A stretch of 64,000 nt of DNA from an uncultured Candidatus Saccharibacteria bacterium (GTDB taxonomy: Bacteria > Patescibacteriota > Doudnabacteria > UBA920): assembly GCA_964416765.1 (NCBI GenBank), contig CAYQEU010000001.1, positions 340,480 through 404,479 on the forward strand, written 5' to 3'. A program made the translations under genes and the position numbers. Shown here piece after piece: positions 28,226 through 36,636 of the stretch. The notes beneath the pieces are model-generated. The model ran no database searches and was not told where the DNA came from. It saw only the letters and a program-made list of their open reading frames with translations. The stretch's first letter is position 1. Each line of letters opens with the position of its first letter.

Positions 28226-28786
28226 TTATGATGGCCTGGCAAACTTTAGGAGATGGTTGACTTGGTCTTCTGTAATGGGGGCGATCGCGGCGAAAACTTT
28301 GCGTTTTGAAAAATCTATTGGCGTGCTCTTACTCTGCATATAAGCTACCGCGCAGCAGCGATGCCCGCCTTCAATGTGCACAAAACTACCGTCGGGTTTT
28401 TCCAGGAGGATTAACGTGGTGGACTCAGGGAAATCCCGAGCAATCGGAATAATCCGGTCGTGTGAAGCGCACCACTTCATAGCCTCATCTATTTGTAAGA
28501 GATCGTGAAAACTTGTGGCTAAGTTGTTCTCAAAAAAAATGGACCAACCTTTGTAAGGGCCAATTAGAATTTTTGGCAAGACAGAACCAGGATCGTGGAT
28601 TTCCTCATACCGCCATGTTAGTTTGTCGAGACCAAATTTTAGCGCCATGTCCAGGCGCCATTCGGAAATAGAGTTAAATCCCTTACCACGCACGAAATCC
28701 AGGTAGTGCTCCAAACCCGGCTTTCGGGTTTCCGCCCCAAGCCAGATGTTAAAAACTTGGTCAAAAATGAGTTCTTTTGGGTTCAT
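28226..28786 (-). CDS. Hypothetical protein (186 aa)
   Basis: Co-directional with and 45 bp upstream of the SixA-like gene; no domain recognised. Confidence 0.5.
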   Translation of the reverse strand: MNPKELIFDQVFNIWLGAETRKPGLEHYLDFVRGKGFNSISEWRLDMALKFGLDKLTWRYEEIHDPGSVLPKILIGPYKGWSIFFENNLATSFHDLLQIDEAMKWCASHDRIIPIARDFPESTTLILLEKPDGSFVHIEGGHRCCAVAYMQSKSTPIDFSKRKVFAAIAPITEDQVNHLLKFARPS

Positions 28787-28851
28787 AATCCCAGCATAGC
28801 AAAAAATGAAGAAAATTTGGAAATCCGGCTTTCACCTGATATAGTTAAACA

Positions 28852-29571
28852 ATGGAAAACACAAACAATATACCTCAAAACGATTCAGGCCACATGCACG
28901 AAAATGGCATGTCTGAAGCGACTTCGTCCGCCAATATGCCGGGAGAAGTACAAGATGACTCCGGTCGTTACCGAATAATTAAAATCGCCCTGATCGTGGC
29001 AATTTTACTGGTCGTGGCGGGATTGCTCTATACCTTTAAAGGCCTCTTTGTGGCTGCCATAGTAAATGGTCACCCCATTACCCGCTACACCGTTATCAAG
29101 GAACTCGAACGCCAGGGCGGTAAAGATGCCCTAGAAAACCTCATTGATAGACAACTGATCAAGCAGGAAGCTGCCGCTCAGCATATCACCATATCGGATG
29201 ATGACGTTAACAAGCAAATTAAGAATTTTGAAGACCAGTATAACACCGGCGGGCAAACTTTGGACAGCGCCCTTGAAGCAGAAAACCTGACGCGGGATGA
29301 CCTGCGCCAGCAAATCATAATCCGTTTGGAAATAGAAAAGATGCTTGGCGATAAAGCCAACGTCACTGACGAGGAAGTTAATAAGTATATTACCGATAAC
29401 AAAGTTGCCATTCAGCAGGGCCAGGAAGATGAAACCAAAGCGGCGATCAAAGACCAGCTTCACCAGCAGAAACTGGCGGACCAGTCGCAACAATTGTTAA
29501 ACGACCTAAGAACCAAAGCAAAAATCAGAGATTTTGTTAACTACAAAGGCGGCTCGGCGCAGGGCAGCTAA
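28852..29571 (+). CDS. Membrane-anchored SurA-N/PrsA-like chaperone domain protein
   Basis: N-terminal TM then Gln/Lys/Asp-rich helical domain resembling the SurA N-terminal chaperone module; promoter TTGGAA-17-TATAGT upstream. Confidence 0.5.
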   Translation: MENTNNIPQNDSGHMHENGMSEATSSANMPGEVQDDSGRYRIIKIALIVAILLVVAGLLYTFKGLFVAAIVNGHPITRYTVIKELERQGGKDALENLIDRQLIKQEAAAQHITISDDDVNKQIKNFEDQYNTGGQTLDSALEAENLTRDDLRQQIIIRLEIEKMLGDKANVTDEEVNKYITDNKVAIQQGQEDETKAAIKDQLHQQKLADQSQQLLNDLRTKAKIRDFVNYKGGSAQGS

Positions 29572-29575
29572 CTCA

Positions 29576-29596
29576 TGACCGCCCGCAAGGGCGGTT
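29576..29596 (+). terminator. Terminator (ACCGCCC-GCAA-GGGCGGT then TTTAAG)
   Basis: Perfect 7-bp stem with GNRA loop. Confidence 0.7.
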
Positions 29597-29624
29597 TTAA
29601 GTCTGAGTAATCTATCTAAAAACT

Positions 29625-29999
29625 ATGGACGATTCACGTCTTCAGGAGCAAGTTGAGCAATACGCGAAGCTTGCCAAAGAAAATAAAGACATAGACGTTG
29701 CGGCGCTAATGGTTAGCGCCCTTCAGCACCAGGAAGAAAACAAAGTATCAGGCAAAGCCAAGAAATGGGTCTATTTTATTTCCATTAGCCTGCCGCCAAT
29801 CGGCATACTGATTGCTTTGTTTTACTATTTTAGCGATGAGTCGGATGCCAAAACCGTCGCCAATATTTGCATCCTGCTAACAGTGGTTTCGCTGGCTGGA
29901 TTTCTCCTTTTAGGTAAAGTGTTTCTGTCTTCTTCAGGAACCAACGTCCAGCAGATTGAACAGATCAACGTAAATGACATCCGTCAACTGAGCCAATAA
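29625..29999 (+). CDS. Hypothetical two-TM membrane protein
   Basis: Hydrophobic helices at residues ~50-70 and ~85-105. Confidence 0.5.
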   Translation: MDDSRLQEQVEQYAKLAKENKDIDVAALMVSALQHQEENKVSGKAKKWVYFISISLPPIGILIALFYYFSDESDAKTVANICILLTVVSLAGFLLLGKVFLSSSGTNVQQIEQINVNDIRQLSQ

Positions 30000-30619
30000 T
30001 GGAATTAATTGACCTGACCCATACAATTGAAATACCGATGCCCGTGTACCCGGGCGACGAGGAACCCACGGTTACCCAGACCGCTTTTTTGAAACAAGAC
30101 GGTTACAATGATTTTTCTCTTTCCAGCGGCATGCACGTTGGTACGCACATCGACGCGCCCCTGCACTTCCTGGCAAAAGGGGTAAAGATATCTGAGACAC
30201 CGGTGCAGGACTTTTTTGGCAGGGGCCGATTAATTGATGCCAGAAAACAGCTGACTATTCACGAAGGTCTTCTGAAAGGAATGGACATAAAAGCGCATGA
30301 CACTGTTTTGATCCTGACCGGGATGGATAAGCAATACCGGAAACATGGATATTTTGAAAATTATCCTGAAGTAACCGAAGGATTTGCTCAGACATTGATA
30401 GATAAAAAAGTCGGCATGCTGGGTGTTGACAGCTGCAGCCCAGACAAAGAACCTTACGAAATTCATAAAATGCTTTTAGGGGAGAATATTCTTATCGCGG
30501 AAAACCTGACGCGCTTGGACAAGCTCGTGGGCAAAAATTTCAGCGTAATCGCTTTGCCAATAAAAATTAAAGCGGAGGCGGGTCTTGCGCGGATTGTAGC
30601 CGGAGTAGAAGACAAATGA
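29999..30619 (+). CDS. Cyclase-family protein (kynurenine formamidase-like)
   Basis: HVGTHIDAPLH metal-binding motif typical of the putative cyclase family. Confidence 0.75.
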   Translation: MELIDLTHTIEIPMPVYPGDEEPTVTQTAFLKQDGYNDFSLSSGMHVGTHIDAPLHFLAKGVKISETPVQDFFGRGRLIDARKQLTIHEGLLKGMDIKAHDTVLILTGMDKQYRKHGYFENYPEVTEGFAQTLIDKKVGMLGVDSCSPDKEPYEIHKMLLGENILIAENLTRLDKLVGKNFSVIALPIKIKAEAGLARIVAGVEDK

Positions 30620-31269
30620 AGTACCACACGGTAATTTTTGATATGGATGGCGTGGTAATAGACAGTGCAATGCTTTGGAATAATTCCACCACCCAGCTCT
30701 TGGCCAGCCACGGCATTGAATATAATTTCGCAGAGGTCAGGCCCAAGGTTGCCGGTACCAGCCTAAAGGACAGTACCGAGATAATTCGGGAACATTATAA
30801 ACTGGCTATCGCGCCCGAGGACTTTCTTAACCAGAGAAAAAGTTTTATTGAGAAAGAGTTTGAAAATAGTATGGAATTTATCCCCGGGTTTTTAAACTTC
30901 CACCAACAGCTATTGGGGCTGGGGATAAAAACAGGGATTGCCACTTCCGCGTATGATGATTTGGTCAATTTTGCCATCCGAAAGCTGGGACTAATGGAAA
31001 TTTTCTCGGGCCATCTCTACAAAGCCTCGGACGTGGGGGATAAGTCAAAGCCTGACCCTGCGGTATATCTGCACGCCGCCCAAATGCTGCAAAGCCCCCC
31101 GGAACAATGCATCGTGGTGGAAGATGCCCCCAAAGGGATAGATGCCGCCCATAATGCCGGTATGAAGTGCATTGGCATTACCACCACCTTCCCCAGAGAA
31201 CTCATAGCCCACGCGGACTGGGTAGTGGACCGCTATGAGGAAGTGCAACTTCCCCAGGTACTTAATTAG
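30616..31269 (+). CDS. HAD-IA hydrolase (beta-phosphoglucomutase-like)
   Basis: Motif I VIFDMDGVVIDS, motif III K....D and C-terminal EDAPKGIDAAHNAGM. Confidence 0.8.
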   Translation: MKYHTVIFDMDGVVIDSAMLWNNSTTQLLASHGIEYNFAEVRPKVAGTSLKDSTEIIREHYKLAIAPEDFLNQRKSFIEKEFENSMEFIPGFLNFHQQLLGLGIKTGIATSAYDDLVNFAIRKLGLMEIFSGHLYKASDVGDKSKPDPAVYLHAAQMLQSPPEQCIVVEDAPKGIDAAHNAGMKCIGITTTFPRELIAHADWVVDRYEEVQLPQVLN

Positions 31270-31301
31270 AAACTTTTAGTACGACTTGATATAATAATTT
31301 T

Positions 31302-31727
31302 ATGAAAAACTTTTTTAGACAATATAGTCTTTTATTGGCCTGGGCTACTTCATTAGTGGCTACCTTGGGGAGTCTCTACTATAGTAATGTTTTAAACTTA
31401 CCGCCCTGCGTGTTGTGCTGGTACCAGCGCATTGCTATTTATCCGCTGGTTATTTTCCTCGCCGTAGCGATCCAACAAAAGAACAAAAGGATTCATTTGT
31501 ATGTTTTGCCGCTGACCCTGATTGGCATGGCCATTTCCATTTACCATAACCTGTTGTACTACAATATAATCCCGGAAAGTCTCGCACCGTGTGTTAGTGG
31601 GGTATCATGCACTACACGGTTATTGGAATTGTTTGGTTTCTTGACCATACCAACCCAGGCGCTAATTGGTTTTGTTTTAATTAACTTGTTCTTAATTATT
31701 CATGGGAGACTAAATAAAGATGTCTAA
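31302..31727 (+). CDS. dsbB: Disulfide bond formation protein B (BdbC-type)
   Basis: Four TM helices with PCVLCWYQR and second Cys pair (APCVSGVSC). Confidence 0.8.
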   Translation: MKNFFRQYSLLLAWATSLVATLGSLYYSNVLNLPPCVLCWYQRIAIYPLVIFLAVAIQQKNKRIHLYVLPLTLIGMAISIYHNLLYYNIIPESLAPCVSGVSCTTRLLELFGFLTIPTQALIGFVLINLFLIIHGRLNKDV

Positions 31728-32373
31728 AGAAACGAAGATTATGATCGCGGTCGCGGTTCTGATACTGGCGGCCGGAATTATACTGTTTATAAAAGCCGGG
31801 CCCGGCAGCCAGCCACAGGCCGGGCAAGCGGTTGATGCTAACTCGCTTGTACGGGATACCAGCCACATGACCGGTAAAAAGGAAGCTAAAGTGACATTGG
31901 TGGAATTTGGGGATTTCCAGTGTCCCGCTTGTGCTCTGGCCGAACCGAAAGTTGAAGAAATCCTGAACGCATATAAGGATGACCCAGATTTTAACTTCGT
32001 GTTCCGCAATTTCCCATTAAGCCAGCACCAGAATGCGCAGATTGCGGCAGAAGCAGCGGAAGCCGCCGGCGCGCAAAATAAATATTGGGAAATGCATAAT
32101 AAGCTATATGCAACCCAGCCGGAATGGGAAACCAGCCCTAATCCATTGGATCTTTACGTAAAGTACGCGACGGAGCTCGGGCTCAATGTGGACCAATTTA
32201 AGTCTGAAGTTAGCAGCTCAAAATACAAAGACATAATCAGCGCTGATATGTCTGACGGGAACAACCTGGCCGTAAATGCCACCCCCACTTTTTACCTCAA
32301 CGGTGTTAAGCTTGATTCCATGCCAGACTTAAATTCCTTTAAGTCCAAAGTAGAAGAGCTTAAGCAAAAATAA
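31720..32373 (+). CDS. Membrane-anchored DsbA/BdbD-like thiol:disulfide oxidoreductase
   Basis: Thioredoxin fold with CPAC active site (FGDFQCPACA); start overlaps the dsbB stop. Confidence 0.82.
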   Translation: MSKETKIMIAVAVLILAAGIILFIKAGPGSQPQAGQAVDANSLVRDTSHMTGKKEAKVTLVEFGDFQCPACALAEPKVEEILNAYKDDPDFNFVFRNFPLSQHQNAQIAAEAAEAAGAQNKYWEMHNKLYATQPEWETSPNPLDLYVKYATELGLNVDQFKSEVSSSKYKDIISADMSDGNNLAVNATPTFYLNGVKLDSMPDLNSFKSKVEELKQK

Positions 32374-32933
32374 TGCTTCCATCGGGTCACATCGCGGCCG
32401 GTTACCTGGTGGCCGAAGCAATTTTACGGATAGCAAAACCAGCTTTGAGTCACAGCCAAAACGTTCACCTGCTCTGGTGGGGAGCGTTTTTTGGTTTCAC
32501 CCCGGATCTCGATATGTTCTACGCCTTCTGGCGGGCGAAGGGTTTTACTTTGCCACGCAAAGAAGTTAATCACCGGTTTTACCTGACACACCGGCCCATG
32601 GTTTGGCTGGCTGCCAGCTTATTAATTTGGCTATTTGCCACTTCGCCTTTCTGGAAAACATTCGCCTTGGTGATGTGGCTTGGGTCTTGGAGTCATTTTA
32701 TACTCGATTCCTTGCGGGTCGGGGTAATGTGGTTGTGGCCGTTTTCCAATAAGTTTTACGCGTTGTACAAGCCAGGGGAGAGGGAAGGGACTTCACGCAA
32801 AAGTTTTTACGATTATTGGATGTGGTTTTTAAATTTTTACACTACCGACCACCCGGTAACTTTCTACCTCGAAATATTGGTTCTTGTAGCGGCGGCGGCA
32901 GTATGGGGCTTGTCCCAGAAAGGAATATTGTGA
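32373..32933 (+). CDS. Membrane-bound metal-dependent hydrolase (YdjM/DUF457-like)
   Basis: His-rich polytopic membrane protein; TAATG overlap with the upstream gene. Confidence 0.55.
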   Translation: MLPSGHIAAGYLVAEAILRIAKPALSHSQNVHLLWWGAFFGFTPDLDMFYAFWRAKGFTLPRKEVNHRFYLTHRPMVWLAASLLIWLFATSPFWKTFALVMWLGSWSHFILDSLRVGVMWLWPFSNKFYALYKPGEREGTSRKSFYDYWMWFLNFYTTDHPVTFYLEILVLVAAAAVWGLSQKGIL

Positions 32934-33643
32934 AATACCCAAAGCTTGTAGTTCTTCCGCTCGCGGCTTTGCTCGCCGCGGCCGTGTATTGCTATTTAAC
33001 TTCGCAGCTAGGCCATACCACCCTTTTATTAGTGAGGCTTGCTGACTGGTATGCTTTGCTCGCGCTGGCTTTCCTGTATGTCACTTTATTGGGCACCCCA
33101 TTGTGGTCGGCGCTCCCAAATTTGCCAGGGAAAGACGAATTCAACCATTTACGCGGCGCTTTAGGACTTTCCAGCTTGCTGTTTGCCTTGCTCCACGGCT
33201 CAATTGCCTTTTTTGGGCTGTTACAAGGGTTTGATGGGTTAAGTTTCCTCCCCGCAGGCTATCGTCAGGTGGTGGGTTTGGGGTTTGCCGCACTTACAAT
33301 ATTATTGCTCTGCGCGGGTCCGTCCTTCCCGTTTATCCGTGACCGGCTCCAGGGAAGTTTCCAAGCGCTTAAATGGTTTTTATACACCACGGGAATTATC
33401 ATCATCGTGCACGCTACTTTGATAGGCTCGCATTTTGTGGAATTGGGCCGAACGGTTCCTCAGCTAGTTTATCTTTTTTGCTTCTTGTTATTATTCCTGG
33501 AGACCGTTCGCATCAAAAATGGCCTGCTCGCTAGAATAGGGAACTATGCTTACGCGGTTTGGCTGGCGCTGTTAGTGATTTTGCTTTGGGGATATTATTT
33601 TTTCATATTTGCTAATGTCCATTCCTACCATGTCCACGGCTAG
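32903..33643 (+). CDS. Ferric-reductase-like transmembrane heme-binding protein (MsrQ/YedZ-like)
   Basis: Six TM helices with spaced His residues (LLHGSIAFFG, IVHATLIGSHF); start could alternatively be the GTG at 32930 overlapping the upstream stop. Confidence 0.6.
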   Translation: MGLVPERNIVKYPKLVVLPLAALLAAAVYCYLTSQLGHTTLLLVRLADWYALLALAFLYVTLLGTPLWSALPNLPGKDEFNHLRGALGLSSLLFALLHGSIAFFGLLQGFDGLSFLPAGYRQVVGLGFAALTILLLCAGPSFPFIRDRLQGSFQALKWFLYTTGIIIIVHATLIGSHFVELGRTVPQLVYLFCFLLLFLETVRIKNGLLARIGNYAYAVWLALLVILLWGYYFFIFANVHSYHVHG

Positions 33644-34163
33644 ATTGTTCGGAATTACTTTGTTGGCGGGCTTTTTCTTCCTGAGCTGTCCTTCACCTTC
33701 CCTCGCGCACACCCTAAAAACAGATGGGAACATCGGCGGTCTCCTGCACGTTGACCCTACCGATGAACCGTTTGCCAACTCGGCGGCGACAATATACTTT
33801 GAACTCACCGACAAGACTGCCCGAATCTCCCCGGCAAACTGTGAATGCGAGATGACAGTGGAACGGGAGGGGAATCAGCTATCCACTCAGGCGCTCTACA
33901 CCCAGGACTCCAGCTCGCTGGAAACAAAAATTACATATACTTTTCCCGAACCCGGGGTTTACCAACTCAAGTTTTTAGGAAGGGTCGGCCCGGAGCAGTT
34001 TAATCTCTCTTTTGATGTGAGGGTGCAGCCCGCGGCGCAGTTAACTAATAATGGTGAAAGTGAAAACCATACCGGACATTACATAATATTCGGCGCGGGC
34101 GGTCTGGTACTGATGGGATATCTTCTTTATAGTTATAAACGAAAGCCATCTGCAGCAAGATAA
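33630..34163 (+). CDS. Secreted protein with C-terminal TM anchor; mature N-terminus predicted to be His
   Basis: Signal peptide ending SPSLA then HTLKTDGN; C-terminal hydrophobic anchor GHYIIFGAGGLVLMGYLLY; start ATG 33630 (the track begins at an upstream TTG). Confidence 0.55.
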   Translation: MSTARLFGITLLAGFFFLSCPSPSLAHTLKTDGNIGGLLHVDPTDEPFANSAATIYFELTDKTARISPANCECEMTVEREGNQLSTQALYTQDSSSLETKITYTFPEPGVYQLKFLGRVGPEQFNLSFDVRVQPAAQLTNNGESENHTGHYIIFGAGGLVLMGYLLYSYKRKPSAAR

Positions 34164-34765
34164 TGGAACTAATGAAAAGCATTAATGCATCGATTATGAA
34201 AAAATTCGTCTTTATCACATTCCTAGCCATCGCGTTGTTAATCCCTCTCACAGCTTCCGCCCATGTCGTGGTAAAACCGGATAGCGTCGGGGTAGCCAAG
34301 TACCAGACGTTTACCGTGAGCGTACCCAATGAAAAAGAAGTTCCAACCATAGCCCTAAAGCTTGTTGTACCCGATTCTGTGGACTCTGTTACTCCCACAG
34401 TAAAACCAGGATGGAAGATTGAAGTCAGTGGAAAGGAAGTGACCTGGACTGGCGGCTCCATTCCCCCTGGCGAGCGTGATGACTTTAGTTTTAGTACCAA
34501 AGCCCCGGCCCAACCAACTGAGCTTGCCTGGAAGGCATATCAAACATACGCGGATGGAACGATAGTACCATGGGACCAAAATCCAGCAGATGGCAATAGC
34601 TCAGAAAAAGCCACTCCCTACTCAATCACTAAAGTGGTAAACGACCTGACCCCCGGGCCGACAAACCAGGCTACAGACAAAACTTCCCGGAATATCTCTT
34701 ACTTGGCTTTAGCTTTGAGTCTTATCGCTTTTGTTACGGCAGTCAGAGCAAAAGCCCAAAAATAG
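34163..34765 (+). CDS. YcnI-like (DUF1775) copper-binding protein with C-terminal TM anchor
   Basis: Collinear with B. subtilis YcnI: signal peptide then AHVVVKPD..Y.TFTVSVPNEKEVPT, AWKAYQTYADGTIVPW, PYSIT, C-terminal anchor. Confidence 0.8.
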   Translation: MELMKSINASIMKKFVFITFLAIALLIPLTASAHVVVKPDSVGVAKYQTFTVSVPNEKEVPTIALKLVVPDSVDSVTPTVKPGWKIEVSGKEVTWTGGSIPPGERDDFSFSTKAPAQPTELAWKAYQTYADGTIVPWDQNPADGNSSEKATPYSITKVVNDLTPGPTNQATDKTSRNISYLALALSLIAFVTAVRAKAQK

Positions 34766-34772
34766 GCCAGTA

Positions 34773-34801
34773 TTGACACTTTGCCCATTTTGTGCTATAC
34801 T
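34773..34801 (+). promoter_or_regulatory. Promoter TTGACA(34773-34778)-17-TATACT(34796-34801) driving RNase P RNA
   Basis: Consensus -35 and near-consensus -10 with 17-bp spacer immediately upstream of the rnpB conserved core. Confidence 0.65.
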
Positions 34802-34807
34802 AAGGTG

Positions 34808-35140
34808 CAATTTAAGGAAACCGAATAATCGCCCCTACAAGCAATTGCAGGGGAGGAAAGTCCGAACACTCATTTGATGCCTTCTATAGGGTCATCAAAA
34901 AGGTAGTGGGTAACGCCCGCCGGGAGTAATCCTAGAGATGCGAACAGTGACGCCGCTACTGGAAACAGTACGGCCCCAGGCCTTTGGCCCGGGTGAACTT
35001 TGGCGGCAACGCCAAGGGTGAAACGGCTAAATTCTTACCTGAGTGCAAAGCCAAATTTGGTAGGCTGCACGAGCTTTTCAGCAATGAAAAGACTAGATAG
35101 ATGATTATTTAGAAACAGAATTCGGCTTACGAGTTTGCTT
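34808..35140 (+). ncRNA. rnpB: RNase P RNA (bacterial type)
   Basis: Universally conserved P4 strands GGAGGAAAGTCCG (34850-34862) and ACAGAAUUCGGCUUA (35116-35130), P3 hairpin CCCCT..AGGGG, AAGGGTGAAACGG module; ends are approximate. Confidence 0.75.
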
Positions 35141-35149
35141 GAATGGCAT

Positions 35150-35175
35150 AAAGGCCGCCCTTTTCGGCGGCCTTT
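35150..35175. terminator. Hairpin AAAGGCCGCC-CTTTTC-GGCGGCCTTT at the 3' end of rnpB
   Basis: Perfect 10-bp stem; the T-run is limited to the stem end, so its strength as a terminator is uncertain. Confidence 0.5.
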
Positions 35176-35199
35176 AAAAATGGTATAATTTGGTATATT

Positions 35200-36636
35200 A
35201 TGAAGCGTTCCGAACTGGTTTTCAACTTAGTCAGCATACCGGTTGATGCAGTCGCACTTCTTGCTGCTGGGGTCATTTCTTTTTATTTGCGCGGACATAC
35301 TTTGGCTGTGGTCCGTCCGGTCGCGTACTACATGCGCGGCTCGGACTTTGTGCTGATTCTGGCGAAGATCGTTCCTGTTTTACTATTGATTTTTGTCCTG
35401 CTCGGTTTGTACAACTTGCGCGGCACCCGCCGCTTCGTTCATGAATTCAATCGCGTGATAGTCGGGATTTCTCTCGGCTTGATGGCGATTTTTGTTTTGT
35501 TCTTTTTCAACCAGACAATTTTCCCTTCCCGGTTCATTATTTTGGCCGGCTGGGGCCTGGCGGTGATTCTAGTTATGACAGGCCGCTTGCTGCTGCGCTT
35601 AGTCCAACAATTTACTTTTTCCCGCGGTTACGGTTTGCATCGTCTGGTAATTGTTAACGGACAAGGCATGGAAGCGGAGACTATCCAGCAAATTTTGAAG
35701 AACCGAGCTTATGGATATGAGGTCGTGGCGGATTTGGCATATGGTGATGGCACTCTGGCTAAGCTTGAACAGCTATACCACAGTGAAAGGATTGATGAAA
35801 TCATCCAGGCCAATACCCACCTGTCGGATGAAGTTAATTACCAATTGGTGGAGTTCGCGCGGAACAAAGGGCTGCAGTTTAGTTTCGTGCCCAATCTTTT
35901 TGACGTACAGCGAAACGCGATTGAACTAAACAACTTAAAAGGCATCCCGGTTATCAGTCTAAAGAATACCCCGCTCGACGGCTGGGGGCGCGTAGCTAAA
36001 CGTATTATGGATATCATTTTAAGTTTGATTTGCCTGCTGATAACCCTGCCATTGTTTATTATCATCGCCATCGCGATCCGTTTGGACAGCCCGGGGCGCG
36101 CGGTTTATTCGGCGCTGCGCGGCGGCCGGGGCCGCGACTTCAAATTCTATAAGTTCCGTTCCATGTACCGGCATTTAAGCGTTGGCGACCAGTATGGCGG
36201 CAAGGAAGCAGAGTCGGTGCGCCAGGAGCTATGGAAAAAGTCGGCGCGAGGCGGGGCCGACGGCGCTTTCCTCAAAATCAAGGACGACCCGCGCGTTACC
36301 AAAGTGGGCCGGTTTATCCGCCGCACCAAGCTCGACGAATTGCCCCAGTTTTGGAACGTATTGAAAGGGGACATGAGCATGGTTGGACCGCGGGCCCATG
36401 TTCTGGATGAAGTCGAGCGCTACCGTAACCGTTACCGGCGCATGTTCAGTATTAAGCCCGGGATATTCGGTTTGTCACAGCTTTCTCAATTGACCTGGCC
36501 AGATCTGCCCTTTGAGGAAGAAATCCGCCTAAACACATACTATATTGAGAATTGGAGTTTGTGGTGGGACTTAAAAATACTAATCAAAACTTTTTACGCC
36601 CTCTTCTTCGTGAAGAAGCCAAATGAGGATTACTAA
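35200..36636 (+). CDS. Undecaprenyl-phosphate sugar phosphotransferase (WbaP/EpsL-like bacterial sugar transferase)
   Basis: N-terminal TM bundle, CoA-binding-like linker, C-terminal catalytic domain with RDFKFYKFRSM and DELPQFWNVLKGDMSMVGPR; TGGTATAAT extended -10 only 10 nt upstream of the ATG. Confidence 0.88.
   Translation: MKRSELVFNLVSIPVDAVALLAAGVISFYLRGHTLAVVRPVAYYMRGSDFVLILAKIVPVLLLIFVLLGLYNLRGTRRFVHEFNRVIVGISLGLMAIFVLFFFNQTIFPSRFIILAGWGLAVILVMTGRLLLRLVQQFTFSRGYGLHRLVIVNGQGMEAETIQQILKNRAYGYEVVADLAYGDGTLAKLEQLYHSERIDEIIQANTHLSDEVNYQLVEFARNKGLQFSFVPNLFDVQRNAIELNNLKGIPVISLKNTPLDGWGRVAKRIMDIILSLICLLITLPLFIIIAIAIRLDSPGRAVYSALRGGRGRDFKFYKFRSMYRHLSVGDQYGGKEAESVRQELWKKSARGGADGAFLKIKDDPRVTKVGRFIRRTKLDELPQFWNVLKGDMSMVGPRAHVLDEVERYRNRYRRMFSIKPGIFGLSQLSQLTWPDLPFEEEIRLNTYYIENWSLWWDLKILIKTFYALFFVKKPNEDY

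Noticed and set aside
27834-28343. 169-aa + strand ORF overlapping the SixA-like gene
   Set aside because: Translation is Arg/His/Cys-rich with no TM or domain pattern; the opposite-strand gene has a GAGGAGG RBS, a terminator and homology to SixA
34045-34579. Minus-strand ORFs 34045-34500 and 34355-34579
   Set aside because: Antisense to the YcnI-like gene, which has strong end-to-end homology
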